Positions 9,396-19,424 of a stretch of DNA of 61,129 bases are shown here, in pieces. The stretch is taken from contig CAIMPC010000026.1 of NCBI GenBank assembly GCA_903843285.1, forward strand, positions 1 through 61,129, written 5' to 3'. Below the pieces are notes generated by a model, which did not search any database, was not told the origin of the DNA, and saw nothing but the letters and a program-made list of their open reading frames with translations. The number at the start of each line of letters is the position of its first letter. Positions within the stretch are counted from its first letter, which is position 1. A program made the position numbers and the translations under genes. This stretch comes from Candidatus Omnitrophota bacterium (GTDB lineage: Bacteria > Omnitrophota > Gorgyraeia > 2-01-FULL-45-10).

Positions 9396-11137
9396 GCCGC
9401 TTTCCCTTTGCCGCTTCCACCAACCGCCAGCTTACCACCGAACATCTCGAGCGCCTTCTTAACTATCGGATCTGAGTCGTCGCTCACAATTTCGCCGGCG
9501 ACTTCATCGCCCACGTCTGTACCGACTAGATTTTTCAACTTCTGATTGGACGTACGCGCGCTCGAGTCACCCGATGCAGTGACGGTAAGGCTGACTCTCA
9601 GGTTCAGTCCGAGCATCTCGCTTATAGCCTTCTCAATTATCTTTCTATTTTCATTCGACTCCAGGACTTCTTTATGAAACTGATACTCTTTCGCAAAGCC
9701 TATGGTGAGCACGTTGTCCTCCAGGTTCAGAGGCTCTCCCTCTTGAAGGTATGAAGCAACGGAAATCTTCTTCGCCCTTATACTGCTTATCACTTTAGAC
9801 CAGGCGCCTGAAATACCATCCAGCGAGTTTCCCGTCTTAGTGTTATTTTTAGGCTGCACCTTCTCATCGTCATTCTGGGGCAATACTTTCTCATCGTCAT
9901 TCTGAAGGACCCTGAGCATAGCGGCGGGGGCTGTCTCCGACACTAACGGATCGTAGGCCCGGGAGGAAGAATCTACACTCTTCAAATCCCTCACTCCTCC
10001 ATTCTCCAGAGCCTCCACCCTCTTAATTAAATCTGCCATAGGCACTATCCCTGCATTCAAAGTCAGCTTTACGAGCGCTGTTTCAAAAGGTATCCTCGCC
10101 ATATCGGTCTTACGCATAAAGTCTATGGTATTCGACAGCGTGTATATTATGTATAACATCTCCTCGGTAGAGAATTTTGCGGACTCTTCCACGTAACGCG
10201 CAATCTTCTCCTTGCCCGCATCGATGAGCGCCCCGGGCTGGGCGAGAACCTTAGCGACAGATATATTGCGGAAATGCCCTATAAGCCCCTGCACCGTCTG
10301 AATAACATCTTTGCCATCGTTAACCAGAGAATCGATAATCTTCAGAGCAGATCTCGGATCTTTATTATGCATGGCCTCCGATAGTTTGAAAAATATTTCA
10401 TCATCCACAACGCCCAGCACCTTAGCCACATCTTCGACGCCCAGGACGCCTTTGGTAAATGCGGATATCTGGTCCAATACGACCTGAGCATCACGCATAC
10501 TGCCGTCGCTATATTTTACGATCAGCCCTAAGGCCTCGTCGCTGGCGGATAAATTCTCTTCCTTGGCGATCTGCTTAAGATTTTTCAGAATCTCCGATGA
10601 AGGGATACGCCTGAAATCAAACCTCTGACATCTGGATAATATCGTAGGTGGAACTTTATGCGCGTGTGTCGTAGCAAATATGAATTTAACGTGCGGCGGC
10701 GGCTCCTCGAGCGTCTTTAAGAGCGCATTGAAAGCCTCGTTCGATAGCATGTGAACTTCATCTATTATGTAGACTTTGAATTTGCCTCGCACAGGGGTGA
10801 ACTTCGAATTTTCCCTCAGGCTCCGTATCTCATCGATGCCCCTATTTGAAGCACCATCTATCTCGAGGATATCGAGGCTCGACCCGGAGGCTATCTCATT
10901 ACAAGATATGCACTTGCCACATGGCTTAGGAGTCGGGCCCTTTTCGCAATTCAGGGCCTTTGCCAAAATTCTAGCAGTAGTGGTCTTACCCACGCCCCGG
11001 GGACCCGCAAATAAATAGGCGTGGGCGACCCTAGAGTGCTCGATAGCGTTCTTCAGAGTGGTCGTTATATGGGATTGGCCCGTTATCTCATCGAAACTCT
11101 TAGGTCTGTACTTGCGTGCGAATACTATGTAACTCAT
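9392..11137 (-). CDS. dnaX: DNA polymerase III subunit gamma/tau
   Basis: ARKYRP, GPRGVGKTT, IDEVHML, LKTLEEPP, SRCQRF. Confidence 0.97.
   Translation of the reverse strand: MSYIVFARKYRPKSFDEITGQSHITTTLKNAIEHSRVAHAYLFAGPRGVGKTTTARILAKALNCEKGPTPKPCGKCISCNEIASGSSLDILEIDGASNRGIDEIRSLRENSKFTPVRGKFKVYIIDEVHMLSNEAFNALLKTLEEPPPHVKFIFATTHAHKVPPTILSRCQRFDFRRIPSSEILKNLKQIAKEENLSASDEALGLIVKYSDGSMRDAQVVLDQISAFTKGVLGVEDVAKVLGVVDDEIFFKLSEAMHNKDPRSALKIIDSLVNDGKDVIQTVQGLIGHFRNISVAKVLAQPGALIDAGKEKIARYVEESAKFSTEEMLYIIYTLSNTIDFMRKTDMARIPFETALVKLTLNAGIVPMADLIKRVEALENGGVRDLKSVDSSSRAYDPLVSETAPAAMLRVLQNDDEKVLPQNDDEKVQPKNNTKTGNSLDGISGAWSKVISSIRAKKISVASYLQEGEPLNLEDNVLTIGFAKEYQFHKEVLESNENRKIIEKAISEMLGLNLRVSLTVTASGDSSARTSNQKLKNLVGTDVGDEVAGEIVSDDSDPIVKKALEMFGGKLAVGGSGKGKAA
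9861..9974. repeat. 27-bp-period tandem duplication plus REP-like remnant inside the dnaX linker
   Basis: TTCTCATCGTCATTCTG at 9861-9877 and 9888-9904; GTCATTCTGA...CCCTGAGCATAGCG...GAAGAATCT at 9896-9974. Confidence 0.6.
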
Positions 11138-11213
11138 GGCGAGGTATAAGGTATCACACCGGGAGTGTTAATTCAATTGAAAACAGGAAAATGAACTATC
11201 CTTAATTTCTCTC

Positions 11214-14200
11214 CTACGCCGCTTCCAATGCTTTTCTATCGCCCTCGTAAATTCTCCTTAATGCTCCATATTCGACAGACTCGGCCTTCGGTAGAAAAAA
11301 TACAAGTCTGTCATTTCGTTTGTAACTGGTTATAACCGAGGCCTGCGGAGGCTCTTTACCTGCGGCGAGCTCTAACGTCATGTATAGAAGCCCTGCAAAC
11401 CTTATGCGGAGCTGCTTCTCGATAGACTCGTTATGCCTTGAGTAAAATTCTATTAGCTCCGACCAGTCTATGCCTGCCAGAAATGGCTTTTCACCGCTTT
11501 TTGCATCCCTTAGCGCCGAAAAACTATTGGATGTTATCGTCTGGATTGAGGCCATAACCACTACGTTGCGCAAGCTCGTATGCGTAATATTTGCTCTATC
11601 GATAATAGAAGCGGCCAGATCACTGCCGCTTCCACGAACGATTTCTACGTTATCCAACCCCTTAGATTTTAGCGCATCCCCTATCGAGCAGATCTCCTTC
11701 ATCAAAGCGCTGATAGCGTCATGCTGAAGGCTTCCCCTTACATCCACTCCCGGTATAGAGTCGGCTTCGAGACCTATTATAATCTTCTGATTCTCTTTCT
11801 TTGCATTTCTGGCCATAACGATCAACGCCGCCATAGCACCATCAGCCTCGATCTGGCCAATATTACTCTTTAAATAATTTATCTTATCCCCGATACTCCG
11901 CGAAACACCATACTTCTCCAGGCTATTTACGGTAGTAAGTGTTCGAGCCACCCTCCGCGTTATCTCGTATGATGTCATGTCATTATTGAGGGCTCTTATA
12001 TCAATGTTGATTTCTAAAACCGATTTTGCTATAAGAGAATTGGATAGTTCGTTCCCGGCATTGATGAAAATAGTTCTTCTGCTATTTAGTAAGGATGCCA
12101 CAATCTCGAAAAGCTTTGTTGTGTTAGAAGCGGCGGGGCGTGGAGAAGTAGAAGGTGTGAGCGTCTCTGCTTTTTGCTTTTTCTTTTGAGCGTAACCGGC
12201 TCCCGAAATAGCGGAGTTATATCCAATCCTGTTGAGAGCTTCTGCGGAGGCAGTGCGGACGCGGTCATTTTCATCAAAATAAAACCTACCGGTCAAATAC
12301 GGAACAGCAGATCTGTTTCTCGGATCGCCCAAAGCTATGGCCGCGGAGACTCGCGTATCTGCATTATTACTACTTAATTTCCATAAATTATAGTTTACCG
12401 GATCTGTTTCCTTCCATATTGTGAATAATACCCCAGCTACACTCCATATTCCAACAACACTCGTAATTATCGGATGGGTGGAAGCGAAATACATTAACGC
12501 GGAAAATACATCGGTGAGTATGATCGCGCTGAATCCGATGGCAAACGGATTCAAAAAATACATTGTTGTGCTTCCATTGCTCTGTATCTTTTTCAATGCG
12601 ATTTTGGCGCGTGGGCGAACAGCTGAGACTTTATCTTTTAATGCTTCATTTAGGGCAGGCATGGCTGCTACGGCTTTCGAACCCATTTTCCCGAACACTT
12701 CCATGGCGGCCCTACGGACATCGTCATTCTTATCCTCTACCGCTTTTACTATGGCAGCTACTACCTCCGGCGTGAACATTTGTATTGCCCCGAGGGCTCT
12801 TATGGCTCTCATACGAACACCAGGGTCTTCATCTGTTAGTACTGATTCTATAAGGGCGGGTACGGCGCTCCCTGCCCCTGTGTGCATATCCTTGAGAATA
12901 TGCGCAGCGTAATTGCGAACATTGGCATTCCTATCTTTTAATGCCATTGTGAGTGATAAAATTACCTCCGGTGTAATATGATCCATATGTCCTATATTTT
13001 GTACAGCATGTATACGGGCATAGTCATTTTTACTATTTACTAATATGTCCGTTAATGGCCGGATAACCTCGGATGGGTTGCTAAAGCTTATATTTTTAAG
13101 AGCATTCATGATGACCGTAGAGACATACAAATCTTCATCATCTAGTGCTTTTATGAAATCCGGGATGGCACTGGGACCCATCTTCCCGAGAATTATCTCA
13201 GCGCGTTTACGTAACTCAGAGTTTGTGTCCTTTAAAAGGTTAATCAACGCGGGGACTGCGGGTGAGCCTATTTTAGTTAAAGCGTTTACGGCGGATGATC
13301 GAACATCAGAATCTGTATCCGTCAGCGCATTGATCAGCGCAGGGACTGCCTCAGAGTCGCCAATACCACCCAGGGCTGCAGCTGCTTTTGCGCGAACACG
13401 CCATGTATTATCACCCAAAGCTTTGATCAATGCTCTAACTACAGTCTTATCACGATGATTGCTTAAAGCTTTTACCGCATCTGTGCGAGCATCTACATTA
13501 TTGCCCCCCAATTTATATAGATTGTAATTTAGCGAATCTAATTTCTTCCAGATTGCAAAAAATAGCGCAACTGCACCCACCACTCCAGTAATACCCACAA
13601 TTATCGGATACGCAAAGATGAGGTCTTTTATTGCAGACAATACCTCCGTGAACATAATGGTGCCAAATGTTATGGCAAATGGATTGAAAGAGAGCAATTT
13701 ACTTGAAGAGTTGGGGGTATGTTTTTTCTCTTGAGCGCTTACCTCAGCTATGGGTTCGCTTATAGTGACCTTCGGAGACTCTTTCATTTTAACGGTAGTC
13801 AATTCTTGCGCAACGGGTGCGGATGGCGTCTCAACGGTTTGCGAAGAGGTACCCGTATAATCCTCCGGCACATACTTCACCAGATACTTATCCGAGATGT
13901 CGTACCACTCATAACCGGGAAGGTTATCGGCAGAGACGCGGGGTTTCTTTGCAATCTGCATCAGGAATCTCTCATTGTCCTTCTCATATAATATAAAGAC
14001 TACTCCTTTATCGGGCAGATTGCCTTCAAAGCCAATTTCGTCAAGGGCCAATTTGAGCTTTTCGAGAGATTCCTTATTTTTAATATATTCGACAGGGACT
14101 ATATTGAGGATGGTGATTCCGGTATCTGTTAACTGCTTTTCGAGATCAGAACTTATGACTTCGAAAAGATGGCCGGACGGAAGCGGGCCTAAGCCTCCGG

Positions 14201-14453
14201 AAACATTGCCAAAATAGTATTCTCCTACAGCGTAAACTAATGCAATAATTGCGCTTTGTGAGAGAAAAGACTGTTGGAATCTTGCCTGCTGTTCATTAAT
14301 TGGAGGTTGTTGAAGCAGGGACGGCACGGCAAGCGTTGAATCCCCGACATTATGCTCAGGAGGATAAGCGTAGGCAATGTCGAGGGTCAGGAAGGTTATG
14401 ATTAAAAAGAAAGATATACACTTAAAGAGATGTGAATGCTTTATTCTATTCAT
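11214..14453 (-). CDS. Large membrane-anchored HEAT-repeat protein
   Basis: Signal-like N-terminus, two TM hairpins, and many PBS-lyase-type HEAT repeats (AVPALINAL.D.D..VR..A..AL). Confidence 0.85.
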   Translation of the reverse strand: MNRIKHSHLFKCISFFLIITFLTLDIAYAYPPEHNVGDSTLAVPSLLQQPPINEQQARFQQSFLSQSAIIALVYAVGEYYFGNVSGGLGPLPSGHLFEVISSDLEKQLTDTGITILNIVPVEYIKNKESLEKLKLALDEIGFEGNLPDKGVVFILYEKDNERFLMQIAKKPRVSADNLPGYEWYDISDKYLVKYVPEDYTGTSSQTVETPSAPVAQELTTVKMKESPKVTISEPIAEVSAQEKKHTPNSSSKLLSFNPFAITFGTIMFTEVLSAIKDLIFAYPIIVGITGVVGAVALFFAIWKKLDSLNYNLYKLGGNNVDARTDAVKALSNHRDKTVVRALIKALGDNTWRVRAKAAAALGGIGDSEAVPALINALTDTDSDVRSSAVNALTKIGSPAVPALINLLKDTNSELRKRAEIILGKMGPSAIPDFIKALDDEDLYVSTVIMNALKNISFSNPSEVIRPLTDILVNSKNDYARIHAVQNIGHMDHITPEVILSLTMALKDRNANVRNYAAHILKDMHTGAGSAVPALIESVLTDEDPGVRMRAIRALGAIQMFTPEVVAAIVKAVEDKNDDVRRAAMEVFGKMGSKAVAAMPALNEALKDKVSAVRPRAKIALKKIQSNGSTTMYFLNPFAIGFSAIILTDVFSALMYFASTHPIITSVVGIWSVAGVLFTIWKETDPVNYNLWKLSSNNADTRVSAAIALGDPRNRSAVPYLTGRFYFDENDRVRTASAEALNRIGYNSAISGAGYAQKKKQKAETLTPSTSPRPAASNTTKLFEIVASLLNSRRTIFINAGNELSNSLIAKSVLEINIDIRALNNDMTSYEITRRVARTLTTVNSLEKYGVSRSIGDKINYLKSNIGQIEADGAMAALIVMARNAKKENQKIIIGLEADSIPGVDVRGSLQHDAISALMKEICSIGDALKSKGLDNVEIVRGSGSDLAASIIDRANITHTSLRNVVVMASIQTITSNSFSALRDAKSGEKPFLAGIDWSELIEFYSRHNESIEKQLRIRFAGLLYMTLELAAGKEPPQASVITSYKRNDRLVFFLPKAESVEYGALRRIYEGDRKALEAA

Positions 14454-14490
14454 AGACGTGGCTCCGTTTCCTTTGTTATTTTATCAATGT

Positions 14491-15810
14491 CTATTCTTCC
14501 TCACCTGCTATAAGTCCTGAGGCAACATTGAGGCCTGAAGCTATTTCGGAGATTATTCCTATCTTCCTGTATATTGGATGTATGAGCTTCTTAATTAAAG
14601 GTAATTTCCTTGCAAAGAAAATCGAGACTGCGACACAGGCCGCTCCTCCTATGATAAGAGTGTTAACTACGCCAATATGCCCTGCCAGCACACCGGAAGC
14701 CAAGCTACCTATGGGAGCCATACCCATAAATGACATCGTGTAAAAACTCATAACTCTTCCGCGCTTATCATCATCGGATATCGTCTGGAGAATCGTATTG
14801 CAGGCGGCCATATTCACCATCATACCAAATCCGCCTATTGATAACAATATCATCGATACCCAGAGCGACTTCGATAGGGCAAATAACATAACGCTCACAG
14901 CGAATATCGTGGTCGAGATCGGGATCAGCCTGCCAAGGCCTACTATTGATTTCCTGGACGCAAGATATATCGTCGCGGCTAACGCGCCAAGACCGCCGGA
15001 GGACATAAGAAAACCGAGCGTCTCCGGGCCGCCTTTTAGTATATCCCTGGCAAATACCGGCATAAGTACCGCATATGCCATACCCATGATGCTGGTGATA
15101 CTTAAAATAATTAGTATTAATCTTATGGGCTCGAAGCCAAACGCATACCTAAACCCTTCCTTCAGCTCTTTCATGACGCGGGGCCGCCCAGGCTTCGGCC
15201 TCTGCTTCTTAATATTCATGGCAAGAAGCGACCAGATAACGGCGAAAAAGCTGGCTCCGTTGACAAGGAAGCATATTCCTTCCCCAAACAAAGCTATGAT
15301 CAATCCCGCGACACTTGGCCCGATAAGTCTGGCGGCATTGAACATCAGTGAATTTAACGCGATGGCGTTACCCAGATTTTCTTTTTTCTCGACCATCTCA
15401 ACCAGAAACGACTGCCTTATGGGGATATCGAATGAATTTATACAGCCCAGAGTAAAGCCTAAAACTATGATATGCCAGACCTGTATATGGCCCGTCAGCG
15501 CAAGAAGAGCCAGTATAAGCGCCTGCACCATCGATAATATTTGAGTTACTACAAGCATCTTATGGCGATTGAACCTATCGGCCACGACCCCACCGATGGG
15601 ACTTAATATGAACGTAGGTATCTGGCTGGAAAACCCGACGACGCCCAGGAGTAGCGGTGAACTCGTCATCCTGTATACGAGCCAACCCATCGCCACCTGT
15701 TGCATCCAGGTGCCGATTAGCGAGATATTCTGCCCCATGAAGAATAGTCGAAAGTTGCGATAATGCAGTGTCCTGAAGATGTTGTTCGCTTCCATATATT
15801 CCTTATCCAA
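14491..15810 (-). CDS. MFS transporter (EntS/DHA3-like, MFS_3)
   Basis: RNFRLFFMGQ..SLIGTWMQ, GGVVADRFNR, RGRVMS; about 12 TM helices. Confidence 0.92.
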   Translation of the reverse strand: MDKEYMEANNIFRTLHYRNFRLFFMGQNISLIGTWMQQVAMGWLVYRMTSSPLLLGVVGFSSQIPTFILSPIGGVVADRFNRHKMLVVTQILSMVQALILALLALTGHIQVWHIIVLGFTLGCINSFDIPIRQSFLVEMVEKKENLGNAIALNSLMFNAARLIGPSVAGLIIALFGEGICFLVNGASFFAVIWSLLAMNIKKQRPKPGRPRVMKELKEGFRYAFGFEPIRLILIILSITSIMGMAYAVLMPVFARDILKGGPETLGFLMSSGGLGALAATIYLASRKSIVGLGRLIPISTTIFAVSVMLFALSKSLWVSMILLSIGGFGMMVNMAACNTILQTISDDDKRGRVMSFYTMSFMGMAPIGSLASGVLAGHIGVVNTLIIGGAACVAVSIFFARKLPLIKKLIHPIYRKIGIISEIASGLNVASGLIAGEEE

Positions 15811-15818
15811 TCATTATA

Positions 15819-16021
15819 GCGAAAATATCGTATGGGTGACGCGATGGATGCCCTTGAGGCCGTAGGCGCGAAGTATGGGATGGGGCAGTACAGGTACCCG
15901 TCTCATCTTACTCAAATTGTAAACCCCATACGAGCGCCAAGACGAAAGGGCGCCTCGCGGCAGCCTGCCCGACTGACATAGTTTACATCGAGTCAGGCGG
16001 GGCCCCGAAGTATATTTTCGC
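15819..16021. repeat. ~200-nt highly palindromic intergenic element (nested REP/MITE-like repeat or structured ncRNA)
   Basis: Terminal IR GCGAAAATAT/ATATTTTCGC. Internal stems GCCCTT/AAGGGC, GGCGC/GCGCC, GTATGGG/CCCATAC and CCTGCC..GACT/AGTC..GGCGGG. Confidence 0.6.
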
Positions 16022-16034
16022 AAAACCATAATAT

Positions 16035-16589
16035 TTATTCCTGCCTATATCCGCCGGCGGATCCTTTAAGCTGGCCGCTCCTGTCGTAATATAGCACCCT
16101 CTCGCCCATCATCGGCTGAGCTTCGAACTGTTCGTAAGGATCGAAGTCCTGATCTCCAACCATCTGTCTGACGACAAGCCGCCCTGACGAATTATATATC
16201 TTGCGGGCCACCAGCTTTCCGTCCTCACCGTAGAAACTCTCCACTACCGGCCTCTTATCCTCATAACGCGCTCTCATAGCTGCCCAGCCATCCACGTTTG
16301 TCTGCATCTTTCCGTCGGCATTATAATGAATCTTTACGACCGTATTACCCTCTAGATCATACCTCTCTTCCTGCTGAAGAGTTACGCCGTCCTTCCAATA
16401 ATAGAGCTTTTGCCTAAGGTGCGCCTCGCTATCATAGCGCCTGCAGGCTCTTACGGTCTTAGTCCCCTCCCAGTAGTCGAATTCATCATAGCCCACGCTG
16501 ACAGCCCATGACTCGATACCCAGCACTAAGATTGTCAGTAGCACGATGGCTATATGCGAGCACTTGATTTCGATTTTACCCATACCCAT
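16035..16589 (-). CDS. Exported protein with YD/MORN-like beta-hairpin repeats
   Basis: Signal peptide; repeated Y..dG.l units (YDLEGN, YNADGK, YGEDGK, YNSSGR, YDRSGQ). Confidence 0.65.
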   Translation of the reverse strand: MGMGKIEIKCSHIAIVLLTILVLGIESWAVSVGYDEFDYWEGTKTVRACRRYDSEAHLRQKLYYWKDGVTLQQEERYDLEGNTVVKIHYNADGKMQTNVDGWAAMRARYEDKRPVVESFYGEDGKLVARKIYNSSGRLVVRQMVGDQDFDPYEQFEAQPMMGERVLYYDRSGQLKGSAGGYRQE

Positions 16590-16633
16590 AAGTCTATACC
16601 TGTGCCATCATTTTTTGCAACATAATCTTATGC

Positions 16634-19051
16634 TTACTGCCGGAATATTGCGTTCGCTATTCCGCCCACAACATCGCCGAAATTCGCCTGAGTCTTATAC
16701 TCCGGCTTCCCGATAGTTCCCGTTATTTTAATAACGGTGTTGCCGCTGACGGCCATCATGATCTTCTCATGGGTTCCGGAACCCATCGCGGATTCCTTGA
16801 TCTCCGGCCTAAGCATAGCATTGATAGATTTATCGATTCCTATGGTCCCTGAGCCATATAGGTTTAATAGATCGCTCTTCAACACAAAATTATTAATTAC
16901 GAAATCTTTGTTCGACATCTTCACATCGGAAGAACCTTCGGTGAATACTATATCGTTGAAGTCGCTTGAGAATATTAATGACCCCAATCCTTTAAACAGA
17001 TTTAATTGCCATAATCTGCCGCTAGTGATCGAAACCCTGCCGGCTCCGGAAAACTTCGTAGTATCCTTGAATGTGCCGGATAAGGTGGCTAACGCCTTCA
17101 TATCGCCGGAAACATATTTATCCTTAAACCCCATATCCATCTTAAGGTTCTCGAGTTTAACATCTTTGGCATCGACGTTGAAAGAGTATGGAAGCCCTTT
17201 CGTGGTCCAATCGATCTTACCCGAGGCATACAGGCTTCCGCCATATAATCCCGATCTCAAAGATTTGACCTGGCCAATGCCTCCGGATTGCACATAGTCT
17301 ATAATTACGTCGGACAGTTTTAAACCGTAAGCATATATTGATTGACTTCTCACCTTAACGCGCATAGAGCATGTCTTAATATTTTTTACGTCTCCCTTAA
17401 TACCGCACTCTGCTTTTGCCTGACCGGAAAGTTTCAATTTTTGGAGGACTGCGGAACTCTTATACAGCTTCTTAAGATCCTTCAGGTCTATGTTAACAGC
17501 GCCGCTGACTGTAGCTATAGCTTTGTCTCCGATAAAATCTATGTCGCCTACGCAAGAGAGCGCAGTCCCCAGATATCTGCCTTCCAGCTGTAGGATCTTG
17601 GTTACATTTTTATTTACGGATAATACTGACTTTATCAATATGTCTTTCGAAGAGACATCCATCTTTATTTTCGGGGAGACGAAATTAGTAAGCTCACCGG
17701 ATGACAGATATAAGGCGTCGCGGTACTTCAGCTTGACCTTAGACCATTTCGCTCCGTTAAGGTTGAATTGGACCTCACCGGTGACACCCTCGATCGGAAA
17801 ATTACCGCTGCCTAGCGATATTGTCGCGGATCTAAGCATAGCGTAACCATTGACGTTGACCGGAGCGCCAGACTGGGATTGTATAGCCAGATTAATGTCG
17901 GCCTTGCCTGAGATATCGTTCGGAAGCTTAATATTAAACTTGTTCTTCAGCATATTTTGAATATTGCTTAGCCTGGCCGTGGAGTCCGCGTATATGTCTA
18001 TCACCGGCGCGGCAAAATTAAATATATTTATCCGGGCATTCCATCTTACGCCATAAGCTTCCGCCATTACGTTTTCCGACCAAAGCCTGGAATCATCGAA
18101 TTCTATCAACGCCTTAATATTTTCTAACTTGCCTATGACATCGATGCCTTCTATATCCATCCGCTGAACGTCAAACTTGCCCGCATATTCCAATGTCTTC
18201 ACCTTCAGGTCATATCGCAGCATCATCTTTATAAACGAATCCGCCTTAAAACTAAACTTATTTTTAATTATCGATAAGCCATCTGCCCGGCCGGTGATGT
18301 CAAGCTCCAATGCGTTATCCTTTAAATGAGTATTAGCTTCCACATCTATATCCCCATCAGGGAATAGAACACCGGTGGCTTTATAATAATCTTTGAATTC
18401 GCTTAGAATCAGGCCCTTAATAGCTGTGTGCCCGGCTAATTCCTGGCTCGATATGAAATATACGCCGGCGAATTTAAAATATATGGGGTTATTTGCGGGA
18501 ATACTGCAGGAGAGATTCAGCGCTATCTTATCAGGTAAAGAAAATTTTACATCCGCGGTTATATCGTCAATCCGTTCTTTAAATATTGGATTAAGTGTCC
18601 TATCAATGAATATGGCCCGGCCGTTATGCACTATGATTCTATTGACCAGGATGGAGGCGGCACTGGGTTTATAGCCCGCCCGAATAAACTCGGAGATATT
18701 AAACGATCCGTCAGGTCTTCTGTCGAGATATATGGCCGGGGAGTCGATAGTCACCGAAGGTATTGCGGTAGACGATCCTGATATATAAGAAAACGGGACG
18801 CCGCACGATACGCTCCTGGCCCATATAAATATTGAGGCGCGATCATAAATTACCACATTTTCTAAGACCAGCCCCCTGAAGAGATTAAAATTGATCGACT
18901 GTACAAAAACTTTCTTGCCTGAAGAGCTCTCGAGTTCTCCGATGACTGTATCGTGGATTTTAACAGGTAGTGTAATGGCAGTCAGGTAGCCTAAGGCTAC
19001 CGCGAATACCACAGCGAACATTACGATGACGTGAATCAGTCTTTTGGTCAT
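16634..19051 (-). CDS. AsmA-like / DUF748 periplasmic beta-taco protein
   Basis: N-terminal TM anchor, RRPDGSFNI motif, beta-rich body, C-terminal GSGTI...KITGTIGKP. Confidence 0.8.
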   Translation of the reverse strand: MTKRLIHVIVMFAVVFAVALGYLTAITLPVKIHDTVIGELESSSGKKVFVQSINFNLFRGLVLENVVIYDRASIFIWARSVSCGVPFSYISGSSTAIPSVTIDSPAIYLDRRPDGSFNISEFIRAGYKPSAASILVNRIIVHNGRAIFIDRTLNPIFKERIDDITADVKFSLPDKIALNLSCSIPANNPIYFKFAGVYFISSQELAGHTAIKGLILSEFKDYYKATGVLFPDGDIDVEANTHLKDNALELDITGRADGLSIIKNKFSFKADSFIKMMLRYDLKVKTLEYAGKFDVQRMDIEGIDVIGKLENIKALIEFDDSRLWSENVMAEAYGVRWNARINIFNFAAPVIDIYADSTARLSNIQNMLKNKFNIKLPNDISGKADINLAIQSQSGAPVNVNGYAMLRSATISLGSGNFPIEGVTGEVQFNLNGAKWSKVKLKYRDALYLSSGELTNFVSPKIKMDVSSKDILIKSVLSVNKNVTKILQLEGRYLGTALSCVGDIDFIGDKAIATVSGAVNIDLKDLKKLYKSSAVLQKLKLSGQAKAECGIKGDVKNIKTCSMRVKVRSQSIYAYGLKLSDVIIDYVQSGGIGQVKSLRSGLYGGSLYASGKIDWTTKGLPYSFNVDAKDVKLENLKMDMGFKDKYVSGDMKALATLSGTFKDTTKFSGAGRVSITSGRLWQLNLFKGLGSLIFSSDFNDIVFTEGSSDVKMSNKDFVINNFVLKSDLLNLYGSGTIGIDKSINAMLRPEIKESAMGSGTHEKIMMAVSGNTVIKITGTIGKPEYKTQANFGDVVGGIANAIFRQ

Positions 19052-19052
19052 T

Positions 19053-19424
19053 TCAGCTTATAGCGATTAGTATTATGCCTACTGCAACCAGGAGGGTTCC
19101 TATTAACTTCATTTTGTCGATCTTTTCACCCAGAAGATAATGCGCCAGAAACAGTATCAGAATATATTGAATGCTTCCTATGGAAAATACAATGCTGAGG
19201 TCCGCTTGCGCCAGAGCTATCAGCCACACAACCATACCGATCGACATAGATAATAGCCCTACCCATATCATAGGCTTGGAGGTAATATTTTTTATAAAAC
19301 GCGCCATATTTCCGGTGGTGCGCAGGCTATGGACCTCGATAGAATTAGTGCTCTTTTTAAATAGGACCTGCCCAACGGCAGTCCATGCTTCGGCTACTAT
19401 GATTAAGAACAAAACTTTTATCAT
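19053..19424 (-). CDS. EamA/SMR-type small membrane transporter (ArnE/ArnF-like flippase subunit)
   Basis: GQVLFKK, ADLSIVF, LLGEKI; ATGA overlap with the upstream gene at 19421-19424. Confidence 0.8.
   Translation of the reverse strand: MIKVLFLIIVAEAWTAVGQVLFKKSTNSIEVHSLRTTGNMARFIKNITSKPMIWVGLLSMSIGMVVWLIALAQADLSIVFSIGSIQYILILFLAHYLLGEKIDKMKLIGTLLVAVGIILIAIS

Noticed and set aside
14798-15544. 248-aa plus-strand ORF and the many similar antisense ORFs in the track
   Set aside because: Shadow frames opposite well-supported genes, with no motifs or RBS.
15819-16021. SRP RNA (ffs), expected near dnaX, or a known riboswitch/6S RNA
   Set aside because: No SRP helix-8 motif (CAGG..GNRA..AGCAG) on either strand, and no cobalamin, lysine or c-di-GMP consensus recognised. 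6S RNA cannot be excluded without a covariance search.
15814-16029. 71-aa ORF over the palindromic element
   Set aside because: No recognisable protein features; explained by the GC-rich structured sequence.
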